A DNA stretch of 64,000 nt, taken from contig NMRA01000171.1 of NCBI GenBank assembly GCA_002633005.1, positions 664,669-728,668 on the forward strand, written 5' to 3'. This DNA comes from Phoronis australis (Eukaryota > Animalia > Phoronida). This document shows positions 24,101-36,100 of the stretch, piece by piece. Position 1 is the first letter of the stretch. Every line of letters starts with the position of its first letter. The notes beneath the pieces were generated by a model. That model was not told where the DNA came from and searched no databases. It saw only the letters and a list, made by a program, of their open reading frames with translations. A program made the position numbers and the translations under genes.

Positions 24101-27100
24101 TTTAACTTCGTTTACTTCCTGTTGTAACCGAAGAGCGTGTTTGATGTTTGTCGACTGCTGAGGGTGGCAAGTGCACTGATTTCATAAAATAAACGGAGTA
24201 GTTGTGAACCAGAGGTATTCAATCTAGGAACACTGTTAGTAATTTAAAGTTTGGAAGTCAACAAAAACTTTTGAGACGAATTTTGGGGAATTGTTGTCTG
24301 ACTCGCAGTAGCAACCTTGTGGCAACATGCCAAACACATTCTGAAGTTGCAGTGAAGATAATTATACATTTGATCTTTTTTATCAACAGTTTCGGAATTG
24401 CACCAAATGTACTCTTTTTCAGCCATTCGCAAAGTGTGCTCACAAAAACGCTAAATTTTTCTCATTTTTAGGTTTCTTAAAGTGTTTCTATGCTTTTGCA
24501 AATTTTGATTTGGTTTTTTAAAATTAAATGTATTAGAATACTGGTTTTGATTTGTTCAGTAGTTTCCGATGTTTATTAAATTCTTTAGTCACGATGAAAC
24601 TGAAGAAAGTAATTGTTGCAGCCGATCTGACAGTGTAATGAGGTGCTTTTGTAATAAATGGTCAAGAATACTTTGAAATTGTCATTTTTAAATACTTGAA
24701 TTAATTGATGACCTTGACTTTCTGCAGTGCTGCTCTGAATTGGTTTCAACTATGTTCACCGTTGTCCTTACAGTATTGCTCTGGTCAGATTTGCCAACCG
24801 TGGCGACGATGCTTTTGTCCTCGTTGGCACGGCTCGTGACCTGGTGTTGAACCCGCGGTCGTGTGCTGGTGGCTTTGTGCATGTCTACCTATTGTCAAAA
24901 GATGGCGAAAAGTTGGAGTTCCTACACAAGACGGCCATCGAGGATGTGCCGATGGCCATGGCGGGCTTCCAGGGCCGTGTACTGATAGGAGTGGGCAAGC
25001 TGTTGAGGATCTACGACCTTGGCAAGAAGAAACTTCTGAGAAAGTGTGAAAACAAGGTGAGCCTAGTTTGTGCTGGTATTGGTGGAAGTTCGAGATAGGT
25101 CATTTGCTCGTGCAACAGTTTGTGAGATTGCCACATTTACATAGCGTAGTCGACAAACTGTCTTGCATAGACTCCTTCAGGTATGTTTTGGTTACAGCGG
25201 GTTCATATTGCTCATTGCAAGTGCATGTAAACCAATGCATTGTTCACGATGCATCTGTTTATCGCAGCCCAGCTCCACAGTTATTGTTCCCATCGATACT
25301 GTGGCGTTACTAACTGCGTAGACTAACGAAGTGCTGCTATATCACGCGCCCTGTTGGTTGGTGTGGTACGAAGCATTCCAACATTTCTGACGAAACAATT
25401 TTTAACTTGCTGATCCATAATGTTGTCAAAGACTTTATGTAAGGGTTGCCAGGATTCTGAGTGACGGTTTAACTGACCAGTCAGAATGCAGCATTCGTGA
25501 CACACCTTCATTTCTAAGCCGCCATTTCACCCGACAAACAACGTGTTGCCCAGTAAAACTTATTGTTTGTTTGTCGACATTGCGCAAGGGATGGATCTTG
25601 CGATAGGTCAATTGTTGCAACCAGTTACCAGTTTCATTCAAATTTGTTAAATGACAAACTCATATTTTCTTCACTGTGGTTTGTTATGTATGTAACAGAG
25701 CAAGTCTCCACTGAACATAAGAAATATGTATTTCCTCTCATCAGCATACGTTTCAGTTCAATTGCATATGACAACGATCAATTTTCATGATAGCAAAGGA
25801 AGGAAACACCCTTCCTCTAAGCCTGTCGCTAGCGAAGTGCCCGACACATACAGTCGCGCCCACATGCCCACGTAACAAAGGCGCACTGAGACGCAACAAA
25901 GACATTAGCATAAGAATAACTGAACATTTGCAACTAAATAAGAATAACAATAAAGTTACGAACGTCCCGTCCCGTCACATGTAGTGGACTTTTTGTCAGC
26001 TTTCAACTTGTAGTGCTGCAGCTGTTCCTGCAGTGTAATTTGCACCCACACTCAACATCGGACGAATCTATTTTTAGCACATTCCCAACTACGTCGTGGG
26101 CATCTATACTCAGGGCAACCGAATTGTGGTTTCGGATATACAGGACAGTTTCCATTTTGTGCGTTATAAGCGGCCCGAAAACCAGCTGATCATCTTCGCG
26201 GATGACACTAACACTCGTTGGATCACAGCTGCGTGTCTTCTGGACTACGACACCATGTGTGGTGCAGATAAATTTGGCAACATAGCAGTGGTGAGTGATG
26301 GAACAGCTCGGTTAGTTGAAGAACACAATGTGAAATAACAGAGTTTCTTAAAACGAGAATTCATGACGTTTGTTTCAGCTGAAGTACCAAGGTACTGCCA
26401 TTTCAGGTTTTTGGTTGTCTAACCTCAAGATTTTAGTATCCACATATTTCAGCAACTGGCAGTTTGTGAATATGAATTAATTATTAATGTAAGTTTTACA
26501 TTGTGTGAGAGCGGAACTGTATCTTTTATTTTAATTCTGTCATTCAGTTTAAATCACGGTAATACTTCAATAAAACCAATTCATTTGCTTATTCAGCCTT
26601 AGCGGTAATTTTAGTCGGCCACTGATCTCTATTACCCTGTATATGTTGCTACTTCAGACTGCTAACGAGAGTCAGAATTGATAAAAACATGGCTTCCTCG
26701 TGGTGGTTAAATTTGGACATGATGTTCCTCAATCCGTGTTTCACCTGAATTCACTGTGATTATGTTTTTTGAGCTGATCCTCGATACCACCATGGGTAGG
26801 GCAATTCGAATTCCTGAACTTTTTTACAAACCTCAGAAATTACTTTCACATTATATCCAGGTTCTCATTCCCTCTCCTGCATACATTCACTAGTAAGACT
26901 GAACTCGAAGAAGTAGGAAACACCTTTGTGCAATGCTTGATTGTCTGCCAGTAAAGCCTGGATTCGAACCCGAGTGAACCACACGATCTCTGAAACCGAA
27001 CCGGAGACCATGTCTTTGGTTCTTGGGCATGCAGATGGCTTACAGATCCAGCGATATTTTGTTGGAACTATTCTGTATTTTAAAAGTTCTTGTATTATTG

Positions 27101-30100
27101 GAAAGTATGAAATGACATAAATGTTAAAACTGCTGTGCAATAAACAATGTTCTAAGCTCGGGGTCTAATCTTTGTAGTTGAAATCAAACTCCAAATTATT
27201 TTTAGCATTTTATATTTTAATCTATAAGGGCTGTTCTAGTAAAATCCGTGTGGGAGGGGGGGGACGGCAGCAGAAATAAAAATTCATGGGTGGTGGTCTT
27301 CAGAAAAAAACTCAAATTATGGGTGGTCGTTCTTGTATGAAATGATGCATTAAAAATGGGTGGTATTTTTTGAACTTTTAATGTTGATCCCAATAAAAAA
27401 AGAGCCCATATTGCCAGTGAACAGAGTGCAATATGTTCACTAAGCCATTGAACAAGTCATGGGCAACTTGATTTGAGTCAACTGTTTGTCTGCAGTCCTA
27501 TTGAATTGAAGTTATGCAACACTAAACTGGTTTTAACACATATAAGAAAATTGATGATTTTTAAATAAAAAGTATGAGGAGTAAGCTAAACAAGTTCCAA
27601 TATTCACTTGACATAGAAGTATAAAAGAGTTCGTGGAGACAGTTTGAGATTCATAGATCCTTATAATTGAAAAAATGTTCATTGAAATTTTAGACACATG
27701 GTGAACAGAGACACCTGGTGGCTGCCAAAAGTATTGCTCACAGGCTACTTTAGTTTTTGACAATATTGGACAAGACAACTAGTTCTTGTCTGTCAATCAT
27801 TTAAGTTCTCAACAGGTCCTCCTGGAGGCAATTTGTTTGGAAGTGTTGGATTTTATATTTTAACCTATTAAAAATAATTAAAAAATTATGGGTCACGGGT
27901 TGGAGAAATAAATGAAAAATATGGGCGGTGGGTACGAAATAAAAGTGCCTTCCCCCCCTCCCATACAGATTTTGCTGGAACAGCCCTAAGTATCTTATTA
28001 TATGCATGAACAATTGTCTTATCTTATTTAGCACTTGATGACCCCAGCATTAAAGTTAAAAGCTTGAGTTTGAACTTGAAATGTTGATTTTTTTACTCAA
28101 GTTTTTAGCTGGAACCTTGGGGTCAAAAAGTGCGAGCTTGGACTAGAAACTTTTGTATAAACCATAATGTACTTGAACTCAAAAGTTTTGTCTGTAACTG
28201 CCGATTTCACCTCGACATGACCCGTTTGATGTACACTATCAAGTGTTGCCTTGAAATGAGGCACGTATCGAATGTTAACATTTTAGTGGCCTTAATTGTG
28301 TATTAATGATCTTAGTTTTCATCCAGCTCACCAATTGCAATTGCATTGTTTTCTTAACCTTAGACACTGCTGTTTCCTGCTTTGTAGCAGCTCCCTGCAA
28401 AAAGTCATGTAAAATGAGTTCAATAATATCAAACGACTACATCACATTTTGCATCAAACAGAAGCTGAAGGTATAACTAATTAAAAGTAGTGTTTGTGAG
28501 AGTTTTGTTTTGGGAACGCGAGTGCACTGCCATTATCAATAAAGGATTTTTTACTCTTAAGTGGGGATGTGATTTCGCGTGAAGTGTTTTTGTCAATTTT
28601 TTAAAGAAAACCTGCGTTGTGTTTAAAGAGTACGACAAGTTGGAAATGTTGTATTTGTTTTGAATGAACCAGAAATGACATCATTGGAATGTGACATTGC
28701 GATGACTTATCACAACAACGGGAACTTTTTGCATTTCCTCTGCTTTGCTTGAGGCTTGTTTGACATTGACTTTTAAGTGACTGCTTGTAGGTGCGGTTGC
28801 CACCAGATGTCAGTGATGACGTTGACGAGGACCCTACAGGCAACAAAGCATTGTGGGATAGAGGTCTTCTGAGTGGGGCCTCACAGAAGGCAGACGTGTT
28901 GTGCAACTTTCATATCGGCGAGATCATCACTTCCCTGCAGAGAGCGACCCTCATCCCCGGTGGTTCCGAGTCGCTAGTTTACACCACCCTTTCTGGTGGC
29001 ATAGGCATGCTTGTGCCATTCACTTCACACGAGGTGGGTCCACATTTCAAGACATGGACACACTGTTATAGGCACATTATTGACAAGAAAAAAGGCTTTC
29101 TGAGAGCGGCCGCAATGCGTAATAAAATCTCCAACTCCTGAGGTCACAGTTTAAGGCTATAATGCTGGAGCTAAATCCTTCTTGATCAATAGCAAACTAT
29201 TTTAGGCGTATTTGGCTGGTGAAAACGTGTTTGCTTTTAGCAAATGTTTATAGCAGGAATGTCCCTTGAACAACTGCACATTTGTAGTGTAAGTGGGTAA
29301 ACTTCTTGATGTGCCCAGGAATCAAAGTGCTGCAAGCAGGTACCCCCAGACGAAAGTTATTGAACCTATATTCAGGAAATTACAACTACAGGCCCATAGT
29401 TTTTTGTAGGTACCCCTAAATTGAGTCAGTAGGGGGCTTTGTATCACAAATTGAAGTATGCACTTGCCAGTGAAACATTATTGACTGGAGTTGTTTTGTG
29501 TTGAAGTTACACATTATATGGTTTACATACCAATGCATTCCCCTCCATTGCTTTACTTCAGGACCACGACTTCTTTCAAAATCTGGAGATGCACATGAGA
29601 TCTGAACACCCTCCACTGTGCGGAAGAGACCATCTACTCTATAGATCGTGCTACTATCCAGTGAAGGTGAGTCCATTTTGGAAGGGGGAAGTGTTTGTTA
29701 GTACGTTTTGCATACTGATGTTTGTTCTTGAGGTTATGAAAACGAGTCTGCTTTTCGCCTAATATCTACAAAACTACTTAAATTTAATCAGTAAAAGGAC
29801 ACATTTTCTATAGGTAGAAAGATTACTTGTTTGATTTCATACCCATTTTCCATCGATTGAGAAATGTGATTTTAGTTGATTTAAGCAAAATTCAGGGCTT
29901 GGAATTATCCTCTTTTAAGAGTATTTCCTCTTTTTTGGTTTCGAATTCCAGTTTCCTCTTTTTTATCATTATTTTGACTTTATTCATAAAAAACCCGTTT
30001 ATTTCAATTAAATTTTGCAACACAAAATATTTCTATCACACAAGCTTATTTATTTGTGGAACGATATGTCACCTGGAAAGTTTTTCTCTTTTTTGTTGTT

Positions 30101-30390
30101 GGTCATTCCTAGCCCTGAAAATTATATAAAGGTACAAACATGATGTTTTAAATAAAGCGTTTATTTTTTACTGCAAAAATGTCTGGCGAGAGATAATTTC
30201 AATGTGCCTGAAGCTTAGTTTGATATGAAGCTTGGTGTGTTTTTTGCAGAATGTCATCGATGGAGATATCTGTGAAATGTTTAGCTCGATGGATCCAAGT
30301 AAACAGAAGAGTGTGGCTGAAGAGCTGGAGCGATTGCCCAGTGAAGTGTCCAAGAAACTTGAGGACATCAGGACAAGATATGCCTTCTAG
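9108..30390 (+). CDS. SF3B3: Splicing factor 3B subunit 3 (SAP130/Rse1), complete, 22 coding exons, 1216 aa
   Basis: Exons: 9108-9333, 9892-10062, 10626-10798, 12541-12682, 12970-13082, 13698-13835, 14654-14757, 14974-15139, 15836-16004, 17702-17853, 18967-19122, 19535-19690, 20059-20199, 21523-21645, 22301-22455, 23144-23318, 23637-23842, 24774-25056, 26078-26290, 28791-29033, 29562-29666, 30250-30390. Sum 3651 nt, all GT-AG, frame intact. Starts [14 protein letters not shown] and ends [13 protein letters not shown], as in recalled human SF3B3. Confidence 0.98.
10185..10310 (+). ncRNA. Intronic H/ACA snoRNA, copy 1 (predicted 28S Psi4521 and Psi4420 guide; SNORA63/E3- or SNORA10-like)
   Basis: Hairpin CGCAG-CCCAGCT-CCACAG...CTGTGG-CGTT..CTGCG, H box AGACTA (10242-10247), second hairpin, ACA at 10305-10307. 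Pocket strands pair with 28S AACG-U-G-AGCUGGG. Confidence 0.88.
11214..12278 (+). mobile_element. Non-autonomous Helentron (HINE/DINE-1-like), spanning an N gap
   Basis: Subterminal inverted repeats ATGCGCCCACA (11219) / TGTGGGCGCAT (12243), (CGTC)-rich microsatellite at 11270-11330, 3' hairpin CAACGC-TCT-GCGTTG, CTTGTT end, T-rich flanks. Confidence 0.8.
11734..11950. other. Assembly gap (N run)
   Basis: Run of N inside a repeat. Confidence 1.
13212..13337 (+). ncRNA. Intronic H/ACA snoRNA, copy 2
   Basis: Same two-hairpin structure, H box AGACTA, ACA at 13332-13334. Confidence 0.88.
16863..16920 (+). other. Candidate 58-nt poison (PTC) cassette exon in SF3B3 intron 16005-17701
   Basis: Branch-like TACTAAT at 16802, acceptor TTCTTTTCTATTTGCAG, donor AAA/GTAGGC. 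Joined in phase 1 it reads G|GA TGA, an immediate stop. Confidence 0.45.
18560..18685 (+). ncRNA. Intronic H/ACA snoRNA, copy 3
   Basis: Same structure, H box AGACTA, ACA at 18680-18682. Confidence 0.88.
19156..19280 (+). pseudogene. Degenerate H/ACA snoRNA, copy 4
   Basis: Keeps CAGCCCAGCTCCA and the H box AGACTA, but stems are disrupted, the 3' hairpin is diverged and there is no ACA at the expected position. Confidence 0.65.
19311..19471. repeat. 40-bp tandem repeat x4
   Basis: CGAAATTGATCGTGTTCAGTTTTTCAACTTCCATTCATAA at 19311, 19351, 19391 and 19431. Confidence 0.95.
19935..20036. repeat. 33-bp tandem repeat x3 just upstream of an SF3B3 acceptor
   Basis: ACACCAGGCAGATATAACTGTAGATGTATGATG at 19935, 19968 and 20001. 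Confidence 0.95.
20708..20806. repeat. ~34-bp tandem repeat x3
   Basis: CATGGTTGCCCAGAGGGTTAAAATGGCCGTAGCT-like units. Confidence 0.85.
20910..21154. mobile_element. MITE with CAGGGCTTGGAAT TIRs (copy 1)
   Basis: CAGGGCTTGGAAT...ATTCCAAGCCCTG; a second copy lies at 29893-30117. Confidence 0.8.
21326..21451 (+). ncRNA. Intronic H/ACA snoRNA, copy 5
   Basis: Same structure, H box AGACTA, ACA at 21446-21448. Confidence 0.88.
23431..23511 (+). ncRNA. Intronic C/D box snoRNA, copy 1 (SNORD126-like; predicted 28S Am1323 guide)
   Basis: 9-bp terminal stem TAGTATGGA/TCCATACTA, C box ATGATG (23441), D' CTGA (23467), C' GTGATTA (23478), D CTGA (23499). The D' guide TCCGTGTTTCA is complementary to 28S UGAAACACGGA. 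Confidence 0.9.
25263..25386 (+). ncRNA. Intronic H/ACA snoRNA, copy 6
   Basis: Near-identical to copy 5; ACA at 25381-25383. Confidence 0.88.
26715..26780 (+). ncRNA. Intronic C/D box snoRNA, copy 2 (SNORD126-like)
   Basis: C box at 26719, identical guide TCCGTGTTTCAC, D' at 26745, C' at 26756, D at 26774. Short GGA/TCC stem plus an external stem TGGTGGT (26701) / ACCACCA (26786). Confidence 0.88.
27228..27986. mobile_element. PIF/Harbinger (Tourist-like) non-autonomous element
   Basis: ~35-bp imperfect TIRs GGGCTGTTCYAGYAAAATCYGTRTGGGAGGGGGGG, flanked by a TAA target-site duplication (27225-27227 / 27987-27989). Confidence 0.85.
29893..30117. mobile_element. MITE with CAGGGCTTGGAAT TIRs (copy 2)
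   Basis: Homologous to 20910-21154; flanked by the 6-bp direct repeat AAAATT. Confidence 0.8.
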
Positions 30391-31183
30391 ACAACACGTC
30401 TAGGTGTCACAGAGCTGAACGTGTTCCGTGTGTACTGTGTATTGGTATGGCTACTCTCCCCTTGGATTATCACATGAGATACAGGCTCTAGTGGACACAC
30501 TGAACTGGATCGTCTGTCAAAGTACCTTTGAGTTGATCTGACTGGGTAGTATAGAACACTGGGGTGCATAACATACCACATCAGAACTGGGTTTGTGCTG
30601 AACTGGTGTGAATCTGCCAAGCGTTGTCTTTGAATTTCAGCCACGAGGAGGAACTCAGTTTTGGAGCACGACTGGTCACAGTTTACGCTGTATGAAGAAT
30701 CCACTTGTGCTTGTCCAAATTATGTGATCATGCCAGGTATTGTGGATGGTACTACGCTGAACAAACATGTAGAATCACCTCATAGTGTATTAGCTATACA
30801 GTACTTTTTTTTGTGAAAATTTATCTTGACAAGATATGCAGTGAAAAGGACTGTCATTCCAAGGTTGTCGTTAGTAACGATCTAATGGGACAAGCTATGG
30901 AGTGGGAACTAATTAACTAATGGTTGTACAGGATGAGTGTGAACCTGTTGGCCAAAGTTTCCAATCATCCACCGCCTGCTTCATCAAGACCTTGTGAAGG
31001 CAACTTCGTTGTTATATGGGTCTAGGTTTTTGTACAATTAACTTTACATAGCCGTTGTATAAAGGACTGCTTTCTGGAAATCCGTGTTAAAGGAGTAAAC
31101 TGTGAGCTGGAGTTACATGAGATCCCACTGGTTTATTGTTCACTTTTTGTACATAGAATGACTGTAAAATTATAGTGATTTTA

Positions 31184-31189
31184 AATAAA
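31184..31189 (+). terminator. Probable SF3B3 polyadenylation signal
   Basis: AATAAA ~800 nt after the stop, with TGTA elements upstream and a T/GT-rich tract downstream. Confidence 0.65.
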
Positions 31190-31634
31190 GTCTGTTAAAT
31201 TTTTTGTCATATCTTCGTTGGTGGTTATCTTTTAATCATTTAATATGCACCTGCATACACATATAGTTGGTGCTTATTGCCATCATCTCTGATTAATGTC
31301 CTGCTTCTGCTGCTGTATTTCGTATATGGCTTGCATGATCTTAATATTTTTGGTATTCCTATGAAGCTGGTGATGACTTTCAGACCTATGTGACTACCAT
31401 TGTTCCTACTTTTGGCAATTTTACTTTTATCTTTTTTTCGGAGTTCCTTGGTGGATGTCATGAAATCGGGTAAATACTAGTTTCTGTTAGATGACAAAGT
31501 CATTCCATTTGTGGTCGGATTCAACAAATTTCTCACCACCTAGTGGCCACCTAGAGTCTGTCTTCTGTCATCCGCTTTTCTATCTGATAAACCATGAAAA
31601 TTTGCCCCTGACATTGATTTTTGGTGATTTTGCA

Positions 31635-32912
31635 TTTTTATGTGCCCACATGTTTATATATGGACGCATTATGCCGTCATCTGCGTCCCTCCGGGCGGCG
31701 TCCGCTGCTGTATCTCCAAAACCGATGGTCGTATGCTCACGAAATTTTGCACGTGTTCCTTTCATGGATGGGAAGGTATGAGCGAACTTTCGGACGGATC
31801 CGACTACCGGTGTGCCCTCTAGTGGCAATTTAGTTTTTTACGTTTACCTCTATCTTCAAAAGTCCTCAAGGTATTTTCATGAAATTTGGTATATAGGCAT
31901 CTATTAGTGAAACGACGACATTCTCTCGTTATCGGAAGGATTCGACGTGGTTTGCGCTATCTAGTGGCCATTTTTACTGTTTTCGAGTCTGTTTTTGGTG
32001 TCCACCCCTCTATCAATCAAACCGCTCTAAGCATGATTGTGAATAGGACGGTTGACGATAATTTTCCGACGACTTCAACTACTGTGGCGCGTCCTAGTGG
32101 CAGTTTCTTTTTTGCGCCCATAGCTGTATCTCTTAAGCCGTTTGTTGGATCTTTACTTAATTTAAGAAGTGTGTTTATATGATGTTGGCAACGAATGATG
32201 ATGATTTTGGGATGGATCTGAGTACTGGTATGCCCCCTGGTGGCACGCAAAAACGTAAAACTTAAAAGTTTTACGTATCTTCAAAGGTCCTCAACAGATT
32301 TTCATAAAATTCGGAGTACGGGCATCTATTGATGAGATGACACCCTCCCGTTTTTGGATGGAATCAGATAATTTGCGCCACCTAGTGGCCATTTTTGCTT
32401 TTTTCGAGTCTGTTTTTTGGCGTCTACCAAATCATTCTAAGGATGGTTTTGGAAATTGGCGTACAGAATGTTCTCAGTGTGAAGAGGACGGTTGATTATG
32501 ACGACTTTGACTACTCTGGCGCCTCCTAGTGGTAGTTTTGTTTTGTTTTGCGCCCATAGCGGTATCTCCTAAACCCACTGGAGGATCTTTATTAAATTTA
32601 GTAAGTGTATTTATATGAAGCGAACAACAGACAATGCCGATTCAGGCGAATCCAATGAACACTGTGCCCCCTAATGGCAATTTCATTTTATTCTGTTTTC
32701 CTTTGTTTCTCTGAAGTTCCTTGGCGGATTTCTATGAAATTTCGAATTTATGATAGCTTTCCATTAAAGAAGCAATGACATGTTCCCATTTACGGATGGA
32801 TTGTATGTTTTTGCGCCACATCGTGCCCATTCTATGACAAATAAGCAGTCCTAAAAGCACATCATTTGCGATGCATTCGTGGGTGCATTTCAACGCTCCG
32901 CGTTGCTCTTTT
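31635..32912 (+). mobile_element. Helentron/HINE copy with internal ~143-bp satellite-like subrepeats
   Basis: TTTTTATGTGCCCACA start and GTGGGTGCATTTCAACGCTCCGCGTTGCTCTT end; homologous to 11214-12278. Confidence 0.8.
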
Positions 32913-33149
32913 TGCTTCAGCAACTGTGTCTCCTTAATCATTTGTAGGTTTGTGAAGTTATCAGATCATGTGCCTTTGGAGGTGACCACAAACTACTAGT
33001 TTTGGACAGGTTCGACAACTGCTGTCCAACTCTTTACTTACCAAATTGCTGAAAGGATTGTTATGAAAATTGTTCCTGATGAGAAATCTCACCTGACCTT
33101 GATTTTCAGACAGGTGCGAATGCTGTGGCAATGTTTTTACGTCCACCAT

Positions 33150-36100
33150 TGAATCTCGGTCCTTTTGAAGATCTTTGTGAAGTTGGCGAGTGTTTTCCTA
33201 TGAATGTGACTTGAGGAAGATAGATCTGACTACAGCTGTGTCCTCTAATGGCAATTTTAAATTTTGCGCTTACCTATGTTAGTATCTTCGGAGGCTCTCA
33301 ACGGATTTTAATAAAATTTGGAAGTCGGGCATCTATTAGTGAAATGATGCCATCCTCCCGTTTTCGGTCGGATTCGAGGAATTTTGTGCCTCTTAGTGGC
33401 CATTTTTACTGTTTTCGTGTCTGTTTTTTGGCGTCCGCCCTTCTATCAACCAAACCGCTCTAGGGATGATTTTGAAAATTGGCATGTTCTTACTGTGAAG
33501 TGGGCGGTTGAGGACGAATTTCCGGCGACTTCGACTACTGTGGCACCTCCTAGTGACAGTTTTGTTTATTTTTGCGCCCATGGCTGTGTCGCCTAAATGC
33601 TCTACAGAATCTTTATTGAATTTTGCTGGTCAATTTATATGAAGTTGACTACAGAGTACGAAGAGTTTCGGAAGGATCGGACTACCGGTGTGCCCCCTAG
33701 TGGCAATTTTAGTTTTTTACGTTTACATCTGTAAGTGTCTAGGGTGGACAACGGATTTTCATAAAATTGGCAGATAAGCATCTATTAGTGAGGTGACGCT
33801 ATCTTCCGGTTTTCTTTTTTTGACATCTGCTCTTGTGTCTACCACACCACTCTATGGTTGTGGAAATTGGCATGTATATTGGCCTAATGTGAAGAGGAGG
33901 GTTGACGATGATTTTCCGACAACGTCGACAACTGTGGCGCTTTCTAGCGGATCTTTATTAAATTTAGCTAGGGTCGCTTTAAAAGTTATTACACAAAATT
34001 ATGAAAATGGCGGGCTTAAAATGCCTCACATCACATCATTTATTTAAAGTTCAAAATGTACCTAGATAAGAAAAATTTTGGAAAATGGTGATAACGTTGA
34101 TGCGTGGATCCGGTTCTTGTTAGATTATTTGCCAGACAATTTTTAGAATTCTTAAAATTTGGTGATTATTACTTTAAATGGCTTTTGTTGAAAATTAAAA
34201 ACCCGGTTTGGAAAGAGGTTTAATCGTTCTGTATACAGCTAATGATAAATAATGATAAACATTTATCTTTGCAGCCGTTGTGGTATGACAATGATATAAT
34301 GATTGGTGGCAAAACGGTATTCTATAAGAGGTGGTTCGAGAATGGTTTCCATATTGCGGCTGACTTGATTCATCCCTCAGGGCGGGGATTAATTATACTG
34401 AAGTCTGTAAAAAGGGTAGCTTTGTCCTCCTTTTACCGAATGTTTCAGCATTCACCAAGTCATTCAAAAGATAGAACACAGTTTTGATTACAAACTATTG
34501 TGTTGTTACCATTATGGTCCAAAGTGTATGAAGTTGTAACTAGATCACTAAAAGGCATTAATGACTTTTATGATTTATTTGTTAAAAATCTGTACTGTAA
34601 ACCTTCTTCAGAAATAAAATGGAATTTAAGCCTAAGCATGACCAATGAAAGTATGGATTGGAATTCCATAAATAGTGTTATTGGCAGGTATACTGATACA
34701 AAGGTACTGAAGTGGTTTAATTATAGAATTGTACATAACATTCTTCCATCAAAATGTTTTCTCAAAAAATGGAATTGTAAACTCAAATCTATGTTCTTTT
34801 ATAGCGAAGTCCCCTAATCAATTGTACATTTGTTCTGGGAGTGTAGATATNCCCCCCCCCTCACTCACCACTCCCCTTTCATCACGGGGCAAATGTATTG
34901 CCAGTGTCTATTTCACTCACCCCATTTCTCACCCTAGGGTGCCTGTATTGCCAGTGTCCTAATTCACTCATTCTCCATTTTCATTGGCACGCCCTTTCTA
35001 CTCACCTTTTCGGGGTTCTCTCTCCCGGGCACTCTTTCCTGCCCCCTTTATACTTGTTGGTTTACCTCATACCTTATAATGGGTTATTCTCCACTTAGCA
35101 ATTTTTTCATACGTAATAATAGGTTGACTTTTGACGGTGCCTCCGTTTGCCGTTACTTATCTGTGTGTATCTTTGTACATGTCACCGTTTCTGATGACTT
35201 AGGCATGCTTTTTGTTGGTTGACATGTTCCTTATGTATATTCATTAGTTTTTATCTATCCATGTTAGCCTTATATTCCTCTGGGTTTCAGTTACTATGAT
35301 TTCAACACCTTGTTGTGTCGCTCTATAATTTTGTTTTTGTTTTGTCATGATGCCTAGCTGTACCACTCCATGTTCGTATTTTCGTATTTTCCTATTTAGG
35401 TGCTTATTTTTGCCCCTTTTCTCTATGCTCCTTTTGTCAGCCTCGCTCGCTCTCCCTTGGGTGGGCGGATGCATCCTTCTGCTGCATCTGTGGCAGATTG
35501 TCACCCGCACCTTTACAGTTCAACATATAATATAACTTTGGTAATTACCGAAATCTGTAGTAGTTTAGTTTGTCATAATATATATGACCTTTTATCTCAT
35601 TTACACTGTAAACTAGCTTCGGTATCGCTTCGCAGTTAGCGCATATAAAAATTATTTAAGTATTAATTTGTTTTATGTAAGCTATACTGCTTCGTCCTCG
35701 TTATCATATTGTTTGGATTCTCGGGTCAGTGACCCTCTTTGTTCTACGATTATTGGTTTAATTGTACCACGTGATCTCTTTGTCTTGTCGCAACTCTGGG
35801 CCATCGTCCACAATTCTCTCCAAATTTCAGTTTTCACTTATATTCTCTTTCCCTCCCTCCCTCAAACCAATTTTCCTTACTCCCCTGTTTATCCTTACCT
35901 TTCCCATGTGGCTGTCCCGGTGTTGCTGCTATGTTTCCCATATTATTACTTAACTTTCTATTCACCACTTATGTATACAGTTCAACATATTATATAACTT
36001 TTGTAATTACCGATATCTGTACTAGTTTAGTTTGTCATAATATATATGACATTTTATCTCATCTACACGTGTTGTTTCACTGTAAACTAGCTTCGGTATC

